Shown here in pieces: positions 18,053 through 35,525 of a stretch of 64,000 bases of DNA. Location: NCBI RefSeq assembly GCF_009914755.1, contig NC_060928.1; one strand, given 5' to 3'. A program made the position numbers and the translations under genes. Source of the DNA: the human T2T-CHM13v2.0 reference genome, Homo sapiens. Every line of letters begins with the position of its first letter. The first letter of the stretch is position 1. The notes beneath the pieces were generated by a model. That model was not told where the DNA came from and did no database searches. It saw only the letters and a list, made by a program, of their open reading frames with translations.

Positions 18053-18301
18053 GAAACACTGCATGTTCTCACTCATAGGTGGGAATTGAACAATGAGAAC
18101 ACATGCACACAGGAAGGGGAACATCACACACCAGGGCCTGTTGTGGGGTGGGGGGAGTGGGTAGGGATAGCATTAGGAGATATACCTAATGCTAAATGAC
18201 GAGTTAATGGGTGCAGCACACCAACATGGCACATGTATACATATGTAACTAAACTGCACGTTGTGCACATGTGCCCTAAAACTTAGAGTATAAAAAAAAA
18301 A
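18053..18301 (+). mobile_element. 5'-truncated L1PA 3' UTR
   Basis: GCATGTTCTCACTCATAGGTGGGAATTGAACAATGAG...CCCTAAAACTTAGAGTATA followed by an A tail. Confidence 0.92.
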
Positions 18302-18499
18302 TCATCAAACAGGTGGTAATTTCAAAACATGGCTTTTCCAGGCAACAAATTTTCTGAATGTATCGCAAAAGAAGATAAATTGCATGTCTATGTAGATCAT
18401 GTCAATGAAATAAACAATAAAGTTACTTATTGGAATATTGAAAGTGGTTGATAATAAATAAATTATTTATATTTATGGTAAAAGCAATAAACTTGATTT

Positions 18500-19850
18500 T
18501 TAGGGGGTTCAATGACTTCCTGAAAATATCCTCTCACAGATTTTCTCAGAGTGTCTAGTTGGCAAAACACAGCTCCAAATAGCTATTTCTGTCAACGTCT
18601 ACAGAACATTTACATTTTGATTTCCAAAAGTTTCCATTTCTACTGACCTTACAAATTTGTAAAGTGAATGCCCACCAGGATAAAATATTAAGTAATAAAA
18701 TTAATTGGATCCTACAAGTGAAAACCTAGGCAAGGAAAATCTTCTTCCTTCTTAATGAATGATTTTTATGTCTCTTCATTCTTGTCATTCTAGGTAAAGC
18801 AACACTCTGGAGACCTTCTTCTGAGGCATTTCACCACCAGAGTAAGTGTGATGTATGACTAATTAGTCCACCCACAGGGAGCTGGTGAAATTAAATGGGA
18901 AGTTATTTCCTAACTGGCATATCTTGGAGTAAAATTAATCTAATAACAGCTTTCATAAGAGAACATAAGCTTAAAAGACAACATTTTTCATTCAACTTTA
19001 CCAAACAAAGTGCAAATTTAGGTGTCCAGTTGTGAAGTTTGGTTGTGTGTGGATTGTACGGTGAAGGTACCAGTGGACAACAGTTGCTCATCAAGCAAGT
19101 TTATACAAAAGCTTTTGGACAAGTCCAACTCTAGATAAAATTCGAAAGTATTTCATGCTTGTGTTCAGAGTTTCTTTTTCTCTCTCCAAGGTAACCCACA
19201 TATCAAAAGACATATGGGTTGTGGGTAGAACTTCCTAAAATTGCTGGTGAGAAGTGTGCCATGCATAAGCATACTTCACTAGCTTGAATTTTCTGTTAGC
19301 CTCACAGGCAACAATTACAATCCTGTATGTTTTTCTATCTCCAGACACTCCTGAACATAAAAAGACCAAGTAACATCCCTGGTTAAGATGTGTACAGGTT
19401 ACAAGACATGTCTAAATATATTCACCAAGAGGTTTATTATTTTCACAGTGGCATTCACTAAATCAGTTGTCAGTGTAGCATTACTCAAGGAATACGCAGG
19501 GTCTTTAATTTATCAAAGTTTGGAGTGCACCCCAAGTTGGATCACTGAAGCACGTAACTATAGATAAGGTCACTCAAAAGCACAAATCCAGGTAATAAAT
19601 ATTCACTAGTAGTTTATATGCATTTAGCAATTTGAATGCTGTGAAGTGTAGCCCAGAAAATCAATCGACATGGAGCTATTAAAGAGGCATTCATGGCACC
19701 TGCACTTTGAATCTCTTCAGACTCAGGTTAAACAGGAGACATGGTAGCTCATATATACTGCAAAAACCCTTCCTCTTTCCCTTTTTATCTATGAACCTGC
19801 ACTTTTCAATGTTATATAGATGCCTGAAGGTATGAATACCCTTGATCTTG
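18500..19850 (-). mobile_element. Highly degraded hAT-Charlie/Buster-type transposase fossil
   Basis: Manual minus-strand translation across frameshifts gives ordered motifs: GFCSIY..NLSLKRFK (BED finger-like), AMNASL..IAKC..TSEYLLPG, DKLKT.(IP)LSNAT, YAYAW..LPTTH, GLVQKLL..VHWYLHR (CxxH-like) and VKCLRR (RWLSR-like). Confidence 0.5.
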
Positions 19851-20219
19851 GTAAAAAATGGTACCACCCATTCAGCAAAATCTCACTGATCAGTGTCTAT
19901 GTTACCTCACTGAGTTAGCCTTTTGTGTTGTTGTGGCCCAGAATGACAATGTTGACACAATCCAAACCAGTAGTTGGAAAGTTAATGTTGGATGCGTCTT
20001 TGACAATTGATGGAATGACCTGAAATCAAATGTGAGGCAGTGGAGACACAAGAATGCTATTCAGGAAGTTAGTGATCTGTGGAGATACTAAATGAAATAT
20101 CTGGAAGGAATTGTAATCTTGCAACTATGCTTTTATGTGTTTTTTGACATAAACAATTTCTATTTATGGTGGAGCTAGAGTGTCCATTTCCCATGAAGTT
20201 CCCATAGTGTTAACTAATA

Positions 20220-20594
20220 CAGTCATGTGTCACTTAATGACAGGGTTGTGTCTGAGAAATGCATTGCTGGACAATTTTATTATTGTATGAACATCACAGA
20301 GTTTACTTACACAAACCTAGATGCTATAGCTGATTACATACCTAGGTTAGGTGGTATAGCCTATTCCTCCTAGGCTACAAACCTGTGCAGCATGTTCCTG
20401 TACTGAATACTGTAGGCAATTGTAACACAACAGTTAAGTATATCTATACTTACTTATATCTATACAGTAAGTGTATCTATACATGTCTAAACATACAAGA
20501 GGTACAGTACAAATACAGTGTTATGATTTTATTGCACCACTGTCATATAAGTGCACTATCCTTGACCAAAATGTTTTTATGTGATGCATGATTG
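20220..20594. mobile_element. Tigger3a/MER7-like non-autonomous DNA transposon
   Basis: Termini TA|CAGTCATG ... CATGATTG|TA, with internal CTCCTAGGCTACAAACCTGTGCAGCATG. Confidence 0.85.
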
Positions 20595-21088
20595 TAACAA
20601 AAGAATTAATTAAATATAATATCAAAGTGCCTATTGAGATTTCAATGAAGAAAGGAATATTTGTAAATTCTGATTACCTTAAGTGGGAATTGACTTTCTT
20701 CCTGTTTCCATGGCTGTTCTTGTGAAAGAGCATAGCTTTCCAAAGACCTGAAATCTCTGACAAATCTTGCAATTCTCTATAGCCTGCATTATGAAGGTCA
20801 CCTGGTATCAAAAGGGGCAAAATGGTAGATTATAAAGACCTGTACTTTCTTGTCACTTCCTAAACATAGCAAGCATTGGTCTATCTTGAACATTTCTGCA
20901 GTTATAAATGAGCCTTGGGTCATGATTTTCTGCCTTTTTATCATAGACAAGATTTAATTTAGGAGATGTCCTTTTAATGTGTAATGTGAATAGTAAGTGA
21001 CACTTATGAAGCCTATTTTCTTCCAGCCATTTTAATTGTCAAATCTGTCCAGTCAAGATGCAATGTTAGAGGCTTCACTGACAACACC

Positions 21089-21091
<3 letters not shown>

Positions 21092-21122
<31 letters not shown>
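21092..21122. repeat. (TG)n microsatellite
   Basis: About 15 perfect TG units. Confidence 0.95.
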
Positions 21123-21125
<3 letters not shown>

Positions 21126-21532
21126 CATACATATGATTGAGCAGGATTTATTGTAAGTCAAAACAGTCTCAAATTTCTTAGGACAATACAGCTTCCTTGG
21201 CCATTCCCTTGGAGCTCTGAGTTGAGGAGCTGGTGATGTGTATTTCTTTTGCATGTTCTCCACATTATCCATATGCAGGCCTTCCATGGGCTTGGTTTTG
21301 GAACCAGTGATGAGGAAGATCATTAGAATTGTTGTTCTCAAAAAGATTCCTCCATTCTTCTGCATAAGCAATGGCAATTTTCCCAGACCAATATTTCTTC
21401 TTTTGAAATGGTAAATTTTGAATATTAACTGGTTAGTATAATCCCATAAAATAACAAAGTTTGAGCCCTATGATCTGTGTTTTAGGCTCAAGTTGTGTTT
21501 TATGCTAAATCATCATTTACTCCTTGTATGAT

Positions 21533-21706
21533 CTTTTTTTTTTTTTTTGAGACAGAGTCTCACACTGTCACTCAGGCTGGAGTGCAGTGGCACAATTTTG
21601 GCTTACGGCAAGCTCCGCCTCCCAGGTGCACACCATCCTTCTGCTTCAGCCTCCTGAGTAGCTGGGACTACAGGTGCCCGCCACAACACCCGGCTAATTG
21701 TTTTTT
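21533..21706 (-). mobile_element. 5'-truncated AluY-like element (right arm only)
   Basis: Poly-T, then GAGACAGAGTCTC...GCAAGCTCCGCCTCCC, ending at the central linker. Confidence 0.9.
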
Positions 21707-23327
21707 AAAATTAAGGATGAAATAAAAGCTGCTCCCCTATATTACATTCATAAATCAGAATTACTAAAGCAAGCTATGTATTTATTAGAAACACATACTC
21801 CAAATTTAGCATCTAAGACATGACAATCTTTCAAGAGACATCAATTTACTTTTTAGGGTCTATAGCTATATTTGTATTCATGTTATTGGTGTCCATATAT
21901 TTCATTAGATGTTCTGGGTAAATTGATAAATGAAAATAATATATGTGATAAGGAGAACAACCTAGGCCTCCTGGAGGGCCCCTTACAACTCAGCTGGTGT
22001 TAGCAGAAATGCCTGGGTGTAACAGTGAGAAACAACCTTTCAAAAGTGTTGAGCAATTTTTCAGGCAGAGGAATATGTATACCAATCCAGGCAGCAAGAT
22101 AAGTGGAGGTCAGTTAAAAGATCAGGGTGTGATTAAATTTTTTTTTTTTAGGTTTCTACTGAGAGGAAATATAACACTCAGTTATTATTTTCTCCACATA
22201 TCTCTGGTTATTTTGTCACAACCTTTTATGTAAGCTACTACCAAACACTGGGTTATCCAAGATCTATGGGTCGTGTTCAATATTTGCTTTTCCCTCAACT
22301 ACTAACACATTTGATTCCCTTTGTAACTTTCTCCCCTATTTCTCCTTTCAACCTGTTTTCTCCAACCACACTGAGTTAATAAGCCTCCTATATACTCTCA
22401 TAACCTGTTTTATCTAAGGAGATTTCCTTTTTCTACTATTATACCCATCTCATTCCCTAATTTATTTATTCTTATTTCTCACTCTATTTTTTATTCTTTT
22501 AGGCACAGCTCATGTCTCATGACTTTCAAAAAGTTTTTCTTCTGATATTCCCAGCTCGAATTAGGTACATCCCAATCAGTTTCCTTAGTCTTACAACTCT
22601 GCATATTATTGGCTTGCAATCTGTCTTAGGCTGGGAATTAGCTCCTTGTAGGCAGGGGCTAGAATTTATTTACTCTTATGTCCATAATGCCTGACACAGG
22701 AACTATTCTCACATACAAATTGTAGGGCCATAATTCCTGAGAACATATGTACATTGTAGTGACTCATAAAGGCTTGAAATAAATTTTTAAAATGATTAAT
22801 TGGGAAGTCCATGAACTTGACATCTTGATGTAGAAGAAAAGCAAGGGCAGATGAAGAAGTTATACAGGATACTTGAAATACCAGAAGAATATAATCAGAG
22901 AGCAATAAATTAATCCTAGATTTTTAGATGTGAAGAAGTTCTGAGAAATATTTGAAGACATGGCTCTAGGGATGAGTACATAACAGAGACCAGTAGCCAG
23001 AGTCAGAGCTTTTCAGAGTGAAGAAATTGCATTGCGGGGGGAAGGACTCTTGTATACTAAATAGAAATTGTCATTAAATGGAGACTAAGCAAGAGGCTGA
23101 TGATCTGTGGATGACAGACGCAGAAAGGTGTGGAGATAGAGGTAAATGCCATAATCTACAAAGAAGATATTTTTGTGCCAGAAAGAAATAATAGGTCTAG
23201 AACGTAATAAAAGATAAATAGTTAACTACATTGCAATGTGGTCTGAGAACTCACTGAAGGCATAGCCATTGATATTAACTTCCACTTCGCTTCCAGACAA
23301 AAGATTTTAAATATCTTAAAAATTCCA

Positions 23328-23566
23328 TTTGATATTGTATGATTCATCAAGACAGAAAGTAAAGCTGTAGTTGCCCTGGGAGGGCGGGGAATGGGGAGTC
23401 ACTTTTTAATGGGTACAGGATTTCAATTTTACAAGACAAAAAGAATTATGGAGATGGGTGGTGGTGATGCTTGCACAACATTGTGAATACATTTAATGAC
23501 ACTGAATTGTATACTTAACAGTGGTTAAGATGCAAATTGTTGAGTGTGTTTTGCCACAGTTAAAAA
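23328..23566 (+). mobile_element. L1MB/L1MA-like 3' UTR fragment
   Basis: GACAGAAAGTAAAG...TTTAATGGGTACAG...GGTGGTGATGCTTGCACAACATTGTGAATACATTTAATGACACTGAATTGTATACTTAA. Confidence 0.75.
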
Positions 23567-24189
23567 ACGGAAAAGAATAGTATTTGAAGATATAGCCCAT
23601 TTCATCTGGTAGCTAGCTGTATGTGTCTGCTCAGCTGTGGATAGATATTTATGCTGTTTCTGAACTGGAGGTTACTGGTATTCTCTAAGGTATAGGAAAA
23701 TTGATCTTATGTGGCTAACTGAGGTGGATATGGTTGTATCAGTCAGCCAGTAATGATATAATCATGATAGTTTACATTTAACACAACTTACATGTGTTAT
23801 ACTTTAGAAAGCACTTCATTCATATTATTACTTCATACCATTTTCCCCTTACCATATTTGTCTCTCGTTTCTCTGCTGACTTCAGAAAATGTCTCTTCCA
23901 CACTACTCAATTCATCTCCTTATTTTGTCAAAATTTTAAGTCTCAGAGTCTCCAAAAAAAAATCCAGACAAGTCTCATGAGCTTTCAGTCATTGATTAAT
24001 CGACATCCTTAGAGGCTTTCCCTTCCCCTTCTCAATTTAACATAGCTTCCAAATACACTTGCCAGTAAAAAAAGTTGTTTATATGGTTTTGTATTTCTTC
24101 CTGCTGAATTATGAACATTTTTTCATATTGACATTGATTTCCATCTGGCCATGAAATACTCAAGGTGAAGAAAATGAAACAAAATTGTT

Positions 24190-24610
24190 AATATTTATCA
24201 AGAGCCAGGTACTGTTTTCGGTGTCCTAGAAGCATAAACTAGTGTAACGCTCACCAGATCATATGAGAGGCAAAAATGGATGAAACTATAAAATCAAGAC
24301 ACAGAGAGTTAAAGGAAATTTCCCAAGATCACACAGCCACTGAGGATATGAACTAGATTTTGACTTCAGGCTATTTACCCCAGAACCTGTGCTTTCAACC
24401 ATTATTTGTACTGCTTCCCTAAATTACTCTTGAGTACACTGTGACATCATATTTCACCTATGACACTGATTATCTGGGGAACTTTGCAACTTATTCTGAA
24501 TGTGATTCAGTTTTCTTTTCTGTACAGAGATAAAGTCAGTATATACTCCATAGATTCGTTATAAGGATTATATGAAATGACACATGAGAAGGCTTTAAAA
24601 GGACTTGGAA
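24190..24610. mobile_element. MIR remnants
   Basis: GATGAAACT...ACAGAGAGTTAAAGGAAATTTCCCAAGATCACACAGC core-like motif, plus a second piece in the opposite orientation. Confidence 0.55.
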
Positions 24611-26184
24611 AGAAATAAGCTTTTTTGTTTTCAATCATTTTTCAATAGGTTATCAGTGTTGTGAATGGTTCATGAAAAATGACTTTGGGCTCAGTGAGTA
24701 ACTGAAATGTTGTTGCTTAATAGTGTGTTTAATATTAATATAATAGTAACAAATGTTGTTATTGTTGAGTAATACTTATTTGGCTTTTCACTGCTTTTCT
24801 TTTCTAGTGTTTTAGTCAGAGACTTCTTAAGTCTCCTCAAGTGTGTACACATTTCTTAAATTTGTTGGAAAGTACCAAATTTAAGATATCTTGCATTTTT
24901 TTCTTCCTTAGTAAACACTAAATTCCATCACGCAGCAGAAAAAGGGCTCTGTTATTGTTGGCACAATGGCTTAATATTCACTTTTATTCCCTGTATCGTA
25001 GTTCTGATATAATTGCTATTTAGAATAAAACTTGTTCCTTATTATATGCATTCATAATTATAAAATTTGTGTTTTAATGCCTTCTTCACATATACTGTGC
25101 TTTTCTTTATTTCCTTATATCTCTTACTGTTTCATGATCCTGGTATTTGAAATCTCATTAAGTGTTGTTTGGGGATTTGCTGGGAATGTCATCTACATAG
25201 TAATGTCTCAAGTTTGTAGCATCTTTAAAACATAATAGGAGATGGAATTCACGGCAGAGTAATAACCCTCCCACTTTAGGCAATGTATTTGTGATTGGTA
25301 TGACTTTGTTCCCAGAGGGCAGTTAGCAACACAATATTAAGGCTATGTGTACAAGGAAAACAAATTTTAAAAATCTCCTTTAAAAAAAAACAGTTCCCGA
25401 TCCTAACCAGTATCATGCACAGAATCCGTTTCCACCTCTTCATATGGAAGCAGCTCTGGGTGGACATCTAGAAAGTTGGATAACTATTTATCACATATGA
25501 TCTGTAAAGGGAGAGATTTACAAGAAAGTGTTAAATTTAATCCATAGGAAAGCAAAATCAAAAATCAATGAATTTTCCATTTGTAGTTTTCCCTAGGGGC
25601 TCCACTCTCTAGATGGCTTAAATGCGTTAGAATTAAATGACTAGGCACAATTGTTTGTTAGTGACATAAAAGCAAGGTAAGCATTTCTGCTTTATGAGTC
25701 CAAGCACAGGGACACTTGGTTTTCTTTGGAAGGATATCATAAAGGCAATGTTTATGAGTAATCCCTCATTGTCTTTCCTTCTGTAGCATTCAATGGTATG
25801 TACTATAATTTAGAAATGAAAACTACTTAAAGACCACTTGCTAAGTTTCATGTATTTCAAATTCTCAGATTCTGAGTGTTTAAATATGCCTATATTTCTT
25901 CATGAAAAAAACATAATCTTTGCCAAGTTAGAAAAAGAAAGTCATATTCCCATTTTTCACTCAATGTAATCAGAAATTTGGACAGTTTTTAGCCTTCAAT
26001 ACATTATGTAATTTAGGTAACAGGCTGAATAAAAGTAAGGAACTTCAGTTAAATTCAGAGAGAAGCTAGTAAGTATTTCTAAGACTCGAATGTATAGAAC
26101 AGATCTCTGATATTAAGGATAAGACCCTCAAAGGTGACCCAAAATGGGTAGTTGTGGGATTATTTTGGGAGGAATCATCATAGA

Positions 26185-26570
26185 TTCTTACTGCTATAAA
26201 TACAGTCAAATGTCAGATAAATATACTCCACTGAAATGTTTTCTAGGAATGATGTTGGAACCAATGTTGGTAATTTTGAAAGTCATGGAGAGGATTTCAG
26301 ATGATAGAAGTCGGGCAACTATCCCAGGTTTAAGAAATAAGCAAATGGTGACTTCCAAAAATGCTGTATCAATGAGCCTCACATTGATCCTGAGCACAAT
26401 TTCAGGAAGGTCCATTAAATGGGTCTTTGGAGAGCACTTAGGATAAAAGGCTGGCAGCAGGGTTTCACTAAGACCAATGGTGCCAAGCTTGCCTCTTTGA
26501 CATTGTTATCTGACTGATAAAGGTAGGCTATAGTGGTACACAATACAGATATTTCCAGGATAAAGCTGTT
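26185..26570 (+). mobile_element. CR1/L3 LINE reverse-transcriptase relic
   Basis: The ORF 26144-26446 segment LEPMLVI..DDRSRATIP..KN..SMSLT..IKW..EHL parallels CR1 RT EPLAII..EDWRRANVVPIFKKG..NYRPVSLT..IIKQ..EHL. It is followed by CAGCAGGGTTTCACTAAG (QHGFTK-like). Confidence 0.65.
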
Positions 26571-28396
26571 GAGCTGCTGTAATTTTCCTTGCCTCTTCAC
26601 TATCTTCTCCTATAGTTGACTCCCAAGGAAAAGATAGTTGACTTTTAATCTAGAAATGTATGTTAATTGGCAAAAACAAACAAATGAAACCAAAAACTAT
26701 CCTTTAGGCTTCTCTCTGCTCAGTTATTAGATCATATGAATGTGCCCTTAGGAAACACAGAAGGCCCACACTATTATAGAGACAAATTTCTTACATTCTC
26801 TGCTGTTTAATGCTCTTCAAAAGACTTACCATACTTCGCTAATTTGATTACCAACTACTTGAACACAGGGACCAATGTGCTTATTAAAAATTTTGCATAT
26901 TATGAGGGCACTAACTTTTAAGTATTCGATTGTTAAGACAATGCATGTTATTATAAACCATAGAAGGCACACTTATTACCTCCTTAAGAACCAGTCTCTA
27001 TTTCTCTGGTTCATAGAACTCCAAGGTCATAGAGGGATTGGACATTTGTGTCTTCAGTTGGCCCTCTTCAGCCCTAGGATAAATAGTGATTAATCTAAGC
27101 CAATGGTTTTCGGCTCTGTCTGACCCAATGCCTCTACTTCATAAGAAATTCTTCAAAGACCCCTTCATTATTCTAAACTATTAGTGAGAACACAATGTAT
27201 GCATTCAAGTTGTTGAAAATATTAATGTTATGCTGAAGCTAACAAAGGAGAAATAATTTACTGTCAATATATGATCCAAAATGTATATAATTGTGCCAGA
27301 ACATTTACATATCAAATACAATAGAACATAATGAAATTTTCATATCTTCGCCCATACCTTGAAACATTGTAAATAAAAAGCTACAAATATAGTTTCATTG
27401 AATAACCAAATGCCAAAACTGCCATTTCTGTTTTTGACATGATTGATCTGCATTGGTAAATGTAATAGATACTTTCTGTTTGGCCCTTGTCCCCTGTTAT
27501 ACTCCCCTATTTACTGGCTTTTGTCCAAGTGGAATGGTCCATATTGAATATCTCAATCTGTTCCCTTGCTCATTGCCTTCTATGCATGTTCATGAGTTTA
27601 AAGGGAAGGAGGAAATGGGATTGGGGGTTATTGCCTAAACTCCCTCTCTGCTAGGTCTCTTTGACCAATCTTTTTCATAAGAAAATTAGTGTTTCCTTGC
27701 GTGATCAGGGAAGTTTACTCCCCAGAACTCTGCCTGCTGCTACTAACCCAGAGTTATTGTGGGGTGTGATTTCTGTGATTCCTTCACCCTTCTCCCCTGA
27801 CATTTTCGTAAGTAGTCTCTTTGGAAATAAACCCATGTTAAATTATCTTAGTTTGAGTGTGTTCTGTTTTTCCTATTGAGACTCTGAAATGAGTATCTAA
27901 ATGAAAAAACCTACCATCTTTTCTCATATACATAGTAGTTTCATTCTTGCAAAATTCATGGCATATTAAAACCATGCAAAAGTACTTGGCACTTAGGCAG
28001 TTACATTTGGGATTGTATAATTAAACAAAGCAGGTTATTCACCTTCATTACATTAGAAAGTCATTCAGGACATACAGCAATCCTTAATTAGGAACGGCTA
28101 TCCCATGTTACTGGACATACGGCATCCCTGTTTTCCAATCCTTAAAGTTTTTCCTTAAAGTTCCAAAATGCCATCACTTATTATTTCCTGCCATTGGATT
28201 TTGTCACATGAAGTTGTAAGGCTGGGAATGCCATAGCCATCTTGAAAACATAGGTAGAAAGATAAGAGAATCACAAAGTGGATCATGTTGAATTAACTTA
28301 GCATTGATACCATCTATTTGTTGTGCGATTTGGTAAAAGTTGCTCCTTGTTTTTTTCTTTAATTAGTTGACTATTCTGTTACTTGAAGCTAAAAAC

Positions 28397-28711
<315 letters not shown>

Positions 28712-28813
28712 AAAAACATTTTAACCAATAGCAAAGCACATTATTTCATTACATTTTTTCAAAAGTTGCCAGTAATTTCAATTAAAAATATATATAACAT
28801 GTTTAATGCAATA

Positions 28814-29155
28814 CAAATGCTTTTCAATGTACAATGGGGTAAGTCTTGATAAGCTGATTATAAATTGAAAATACAGTAAGTTAAAAATGTATTTAATATC
28901 TAACTTACTGAATATCACAGCTTAGCCTGGCATACCTTTAATGTGCTCAGAACACTTACATCAGCTGACAATTGGGCAAAATCATTGAATACAAAACCCA
29001 CTTTATAATAAAGTATTGGATATTTTATGTAATTTGTTGAATATTGTACTGAAAGTGAAAAGCAGAATGGTTATATTCTATTCAAAGCTATCACTTGCTT
29101 CATCATAAAGTAAAAAAAATCATAAATTGAACCATTATAATTTGTTGACCATCTG
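28814..29155. mobile_element. MER47A (Tigger5-derived) DNA transposon
   Basis: GTGCTCAGAACACTTACATCAGC...TTGGGCAAAATCAT...GTACTGAAAGTGAAAA, with termini CAAATGC...CATCTG. Confidence 0.75.
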
Positions 29156-30630
29156 TGTATATGTATGTGTGTGTGTACCTATATAAACATCTATGTTTAT
29201 ATATATATTTGTGTGTGTATATATCCTCGGTGTGTGGGTATGTGTGTTTGAGAGTGTGTGTGTGTATGAAATTGTAGGAAAGTAAAATTTCTTATCTTAT
29301 AGATATAGCATGTTAACATGTTGGTACCTATCTTCCTGAGATGTAAAATTTTACATGGATAGATGTGTACATTTACTGTTGTACACAAAGAGAAACATAT
29401 TCTGTAGGCTCTTTGTTTTTCTGTAATTTCATTCAACACTATCTGGTTTATATGGATGATTACATATATAATGCTAGGATGAAGGTTCTTCTCTATAACT
29501 TTGAAACTTCCTTGATTATCAACCCTTGGTATATTCTTAGAATAGGATTTTATTTTAGAATTAAGATCCTTGTTTCAGGACTCTAGACTGTTAACACACA
29601 GAGCCAATAATTATTCAGAATGGTTGGGTTAGTTCACATTCCCACAGATGAGACATCAAATGTCCAGGCTGCACAGCCTCATTAACACTAGATTTTCTGG
29701 ACATTTTATGTAGTATTTCATCTGATATAAAAAGTAGAATTCTAATTTAATTATGGTTGTTAATTTATTTTTATCTTTTTAGTCATTATGAAAATGTTTA
29801 ACTATATGAAAAGCTAGGAAAGAGTTTTATTTTTTAAGGTAGTATTTCAGAAATATTTGTGATACTTAATTTTTAAAAATTAACTCTAAAAAATCTTGAA
29901 ATGTCTGTTTAATGAAATAGGACATAAATACTGGTCACATTAGTGAAAAATATTTGTTTAAAATTAAAATATCTGCAGCAATCCTGTAGATATTAATAAT
30001 TTTTAAAGAATGACATCTTTAAAATATAAATGTTCTAAACTTATAATCAGTTAAATATGTCTCTATTAATACATATAGATACATATATCTAAATAAATTT
30101 GAAGACTTCAAATTCCAGGTACAATATAATTCTTTTCTATCCTGTGATTTGTCATTCAGTATTTTGTAATTTGAACAGAAATATTTTGCCCTAACCACAT
30201 GTCTGTATTTTCTCTCACCTAGAAATGTTATTTTATGCAAAATTGTTTTAAAGCTCAGTTTGCATGTTTGAAAACATCTTGTAGAATGTTACATAATATA
30301 TTGCATATTTGGTTACATTGTTTTAACTGTGAAAATATGGTTTAAATCTATGATGCTCTTTAGTGCTGATCATGATGCAAAGCAAATTTATCTGTATAAA
30401 AGTCTCCTGTTAATTTTTTTTTATTATTATATTTTAAGTTTTAGGGTACATGTGCACAACGTGCAGGTTTGTTAGATATGTATACATGGGCCATGTTGGT
30501 GTGCTGCACCCATTAACTCGTCATTTAACATTAGGTATATCTCCTAATGCTCTCCTTCCCCCCTCCCCGCACCCCACAACTGTCCCCAGTGTGTGACGTT
30601 CCCCTTCCTGCATCCATGTATTCTCATTGT

Positions 30631-34448
<3,818 letters not shown>

Positions 34449-34511
34449 TATGATGTTAGCTGGTTATTTTCCTCGTTAGTTGATGCAGTTTCTTCCTAGC
34501 CTTGATGGTCT

Positions 34512-35525
34512 TTACAATTTGGCATGTTTTTGCAGTGGCTGGTACCAGTTGTTCCTTTCCATGTTTAGTGCTTCCTTCAGGAGCTCTTTTAGGGCAGGCC
34601 TGGTGGTGACAAAATCTCTCAGCATTTGCTGGTCTGTGGAGTATATTATTTCTCCTTCACTTATGAAGCTTAGTTTAGCGGAATATGAAATTCTGGGTTG
34701 AAAATTCTTTTCTTTAAGAATGTTGAATATTGGCCCCCACTCTCTTCTGGCTTGTAGAGTTTCTGAGGAGAGATCAGCAGATTGTCTGATGGGCTTCCTT
34801 TTGTGGGTAACCTGACCTTTCTCTTGGCTGCCTTTAAAATTTTTTCATTCATTTCAACTTTGGTGAATCTGACCATTATGTGTCTTGGAGTTGCTCTTCT
34901 CGAGGAGTATCTTTGTGGCATTCTCTGTATTTCCTGAATTTGTATGTTGGCCTGCCTTACTAGATTGGGGAAGTTCTCCTGGATAATATCCTGCAGAGTG
35001 TTTTCCAACTTGGTCCCATTCTCCCCGTCACTTTCAGGTACACCAATTAGACATACATTTGGTCTTTTCACATAGTCCCATATTTCTTGGAGGCTTTGTT
35101 CATTTCTTCTATTCCTTTTTCTCTAAACTTCTCTTCATGCTTTATTTCATTCATTTCGTTTTCCATCGCTGATAATCTTTCTTCCAGTTGATCACATCGG
35201 TTACTGAGGCTTATGCATTTGTCATGTAGTTCTTGTGCCATGGTTTTCAGTTCCATCAGGTCCTTTAAGGACTTCTCTGCATTTGTTATTCTAGTTATCC
35301 ATTCGTCTAATTTTTTTTCAAAGTTTTTAACTTCTTTGCCACTGGTTCGAACTTCCTCCTTTAGCTCGGAGTACTTTGATCTTCTGAAGCCTTTCTCTCT
35401 CAACTCGTCAAAGTCATACTCCGTCCAGCTTTGTTCCATTGCTGGTGAGGAGCTGCATTCCTTTGCAGGAGGAGAGGCACTCTGATTTTTAGAGTTTCCA
35501 GGTTTTCTACTCTGTTTTTTCCCAT
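34512..35525 (-). pseudogene. L1 ORF1, frameshifted
   Basis: ORF pieces 35068-35439 (coiled coil) and 34670-35071 (KRPN..IGVPESDGENGTKLEN). Confidence 0.92.

Noticed and set aside
21075-21420. Exon-like minus-strand stretch and 100-aa ORF
   Set aside because: I could not match any frame to a known protein, and the ORF runs into a TG microsatellite. blastx would be needed to exclude a pseudogene exon.
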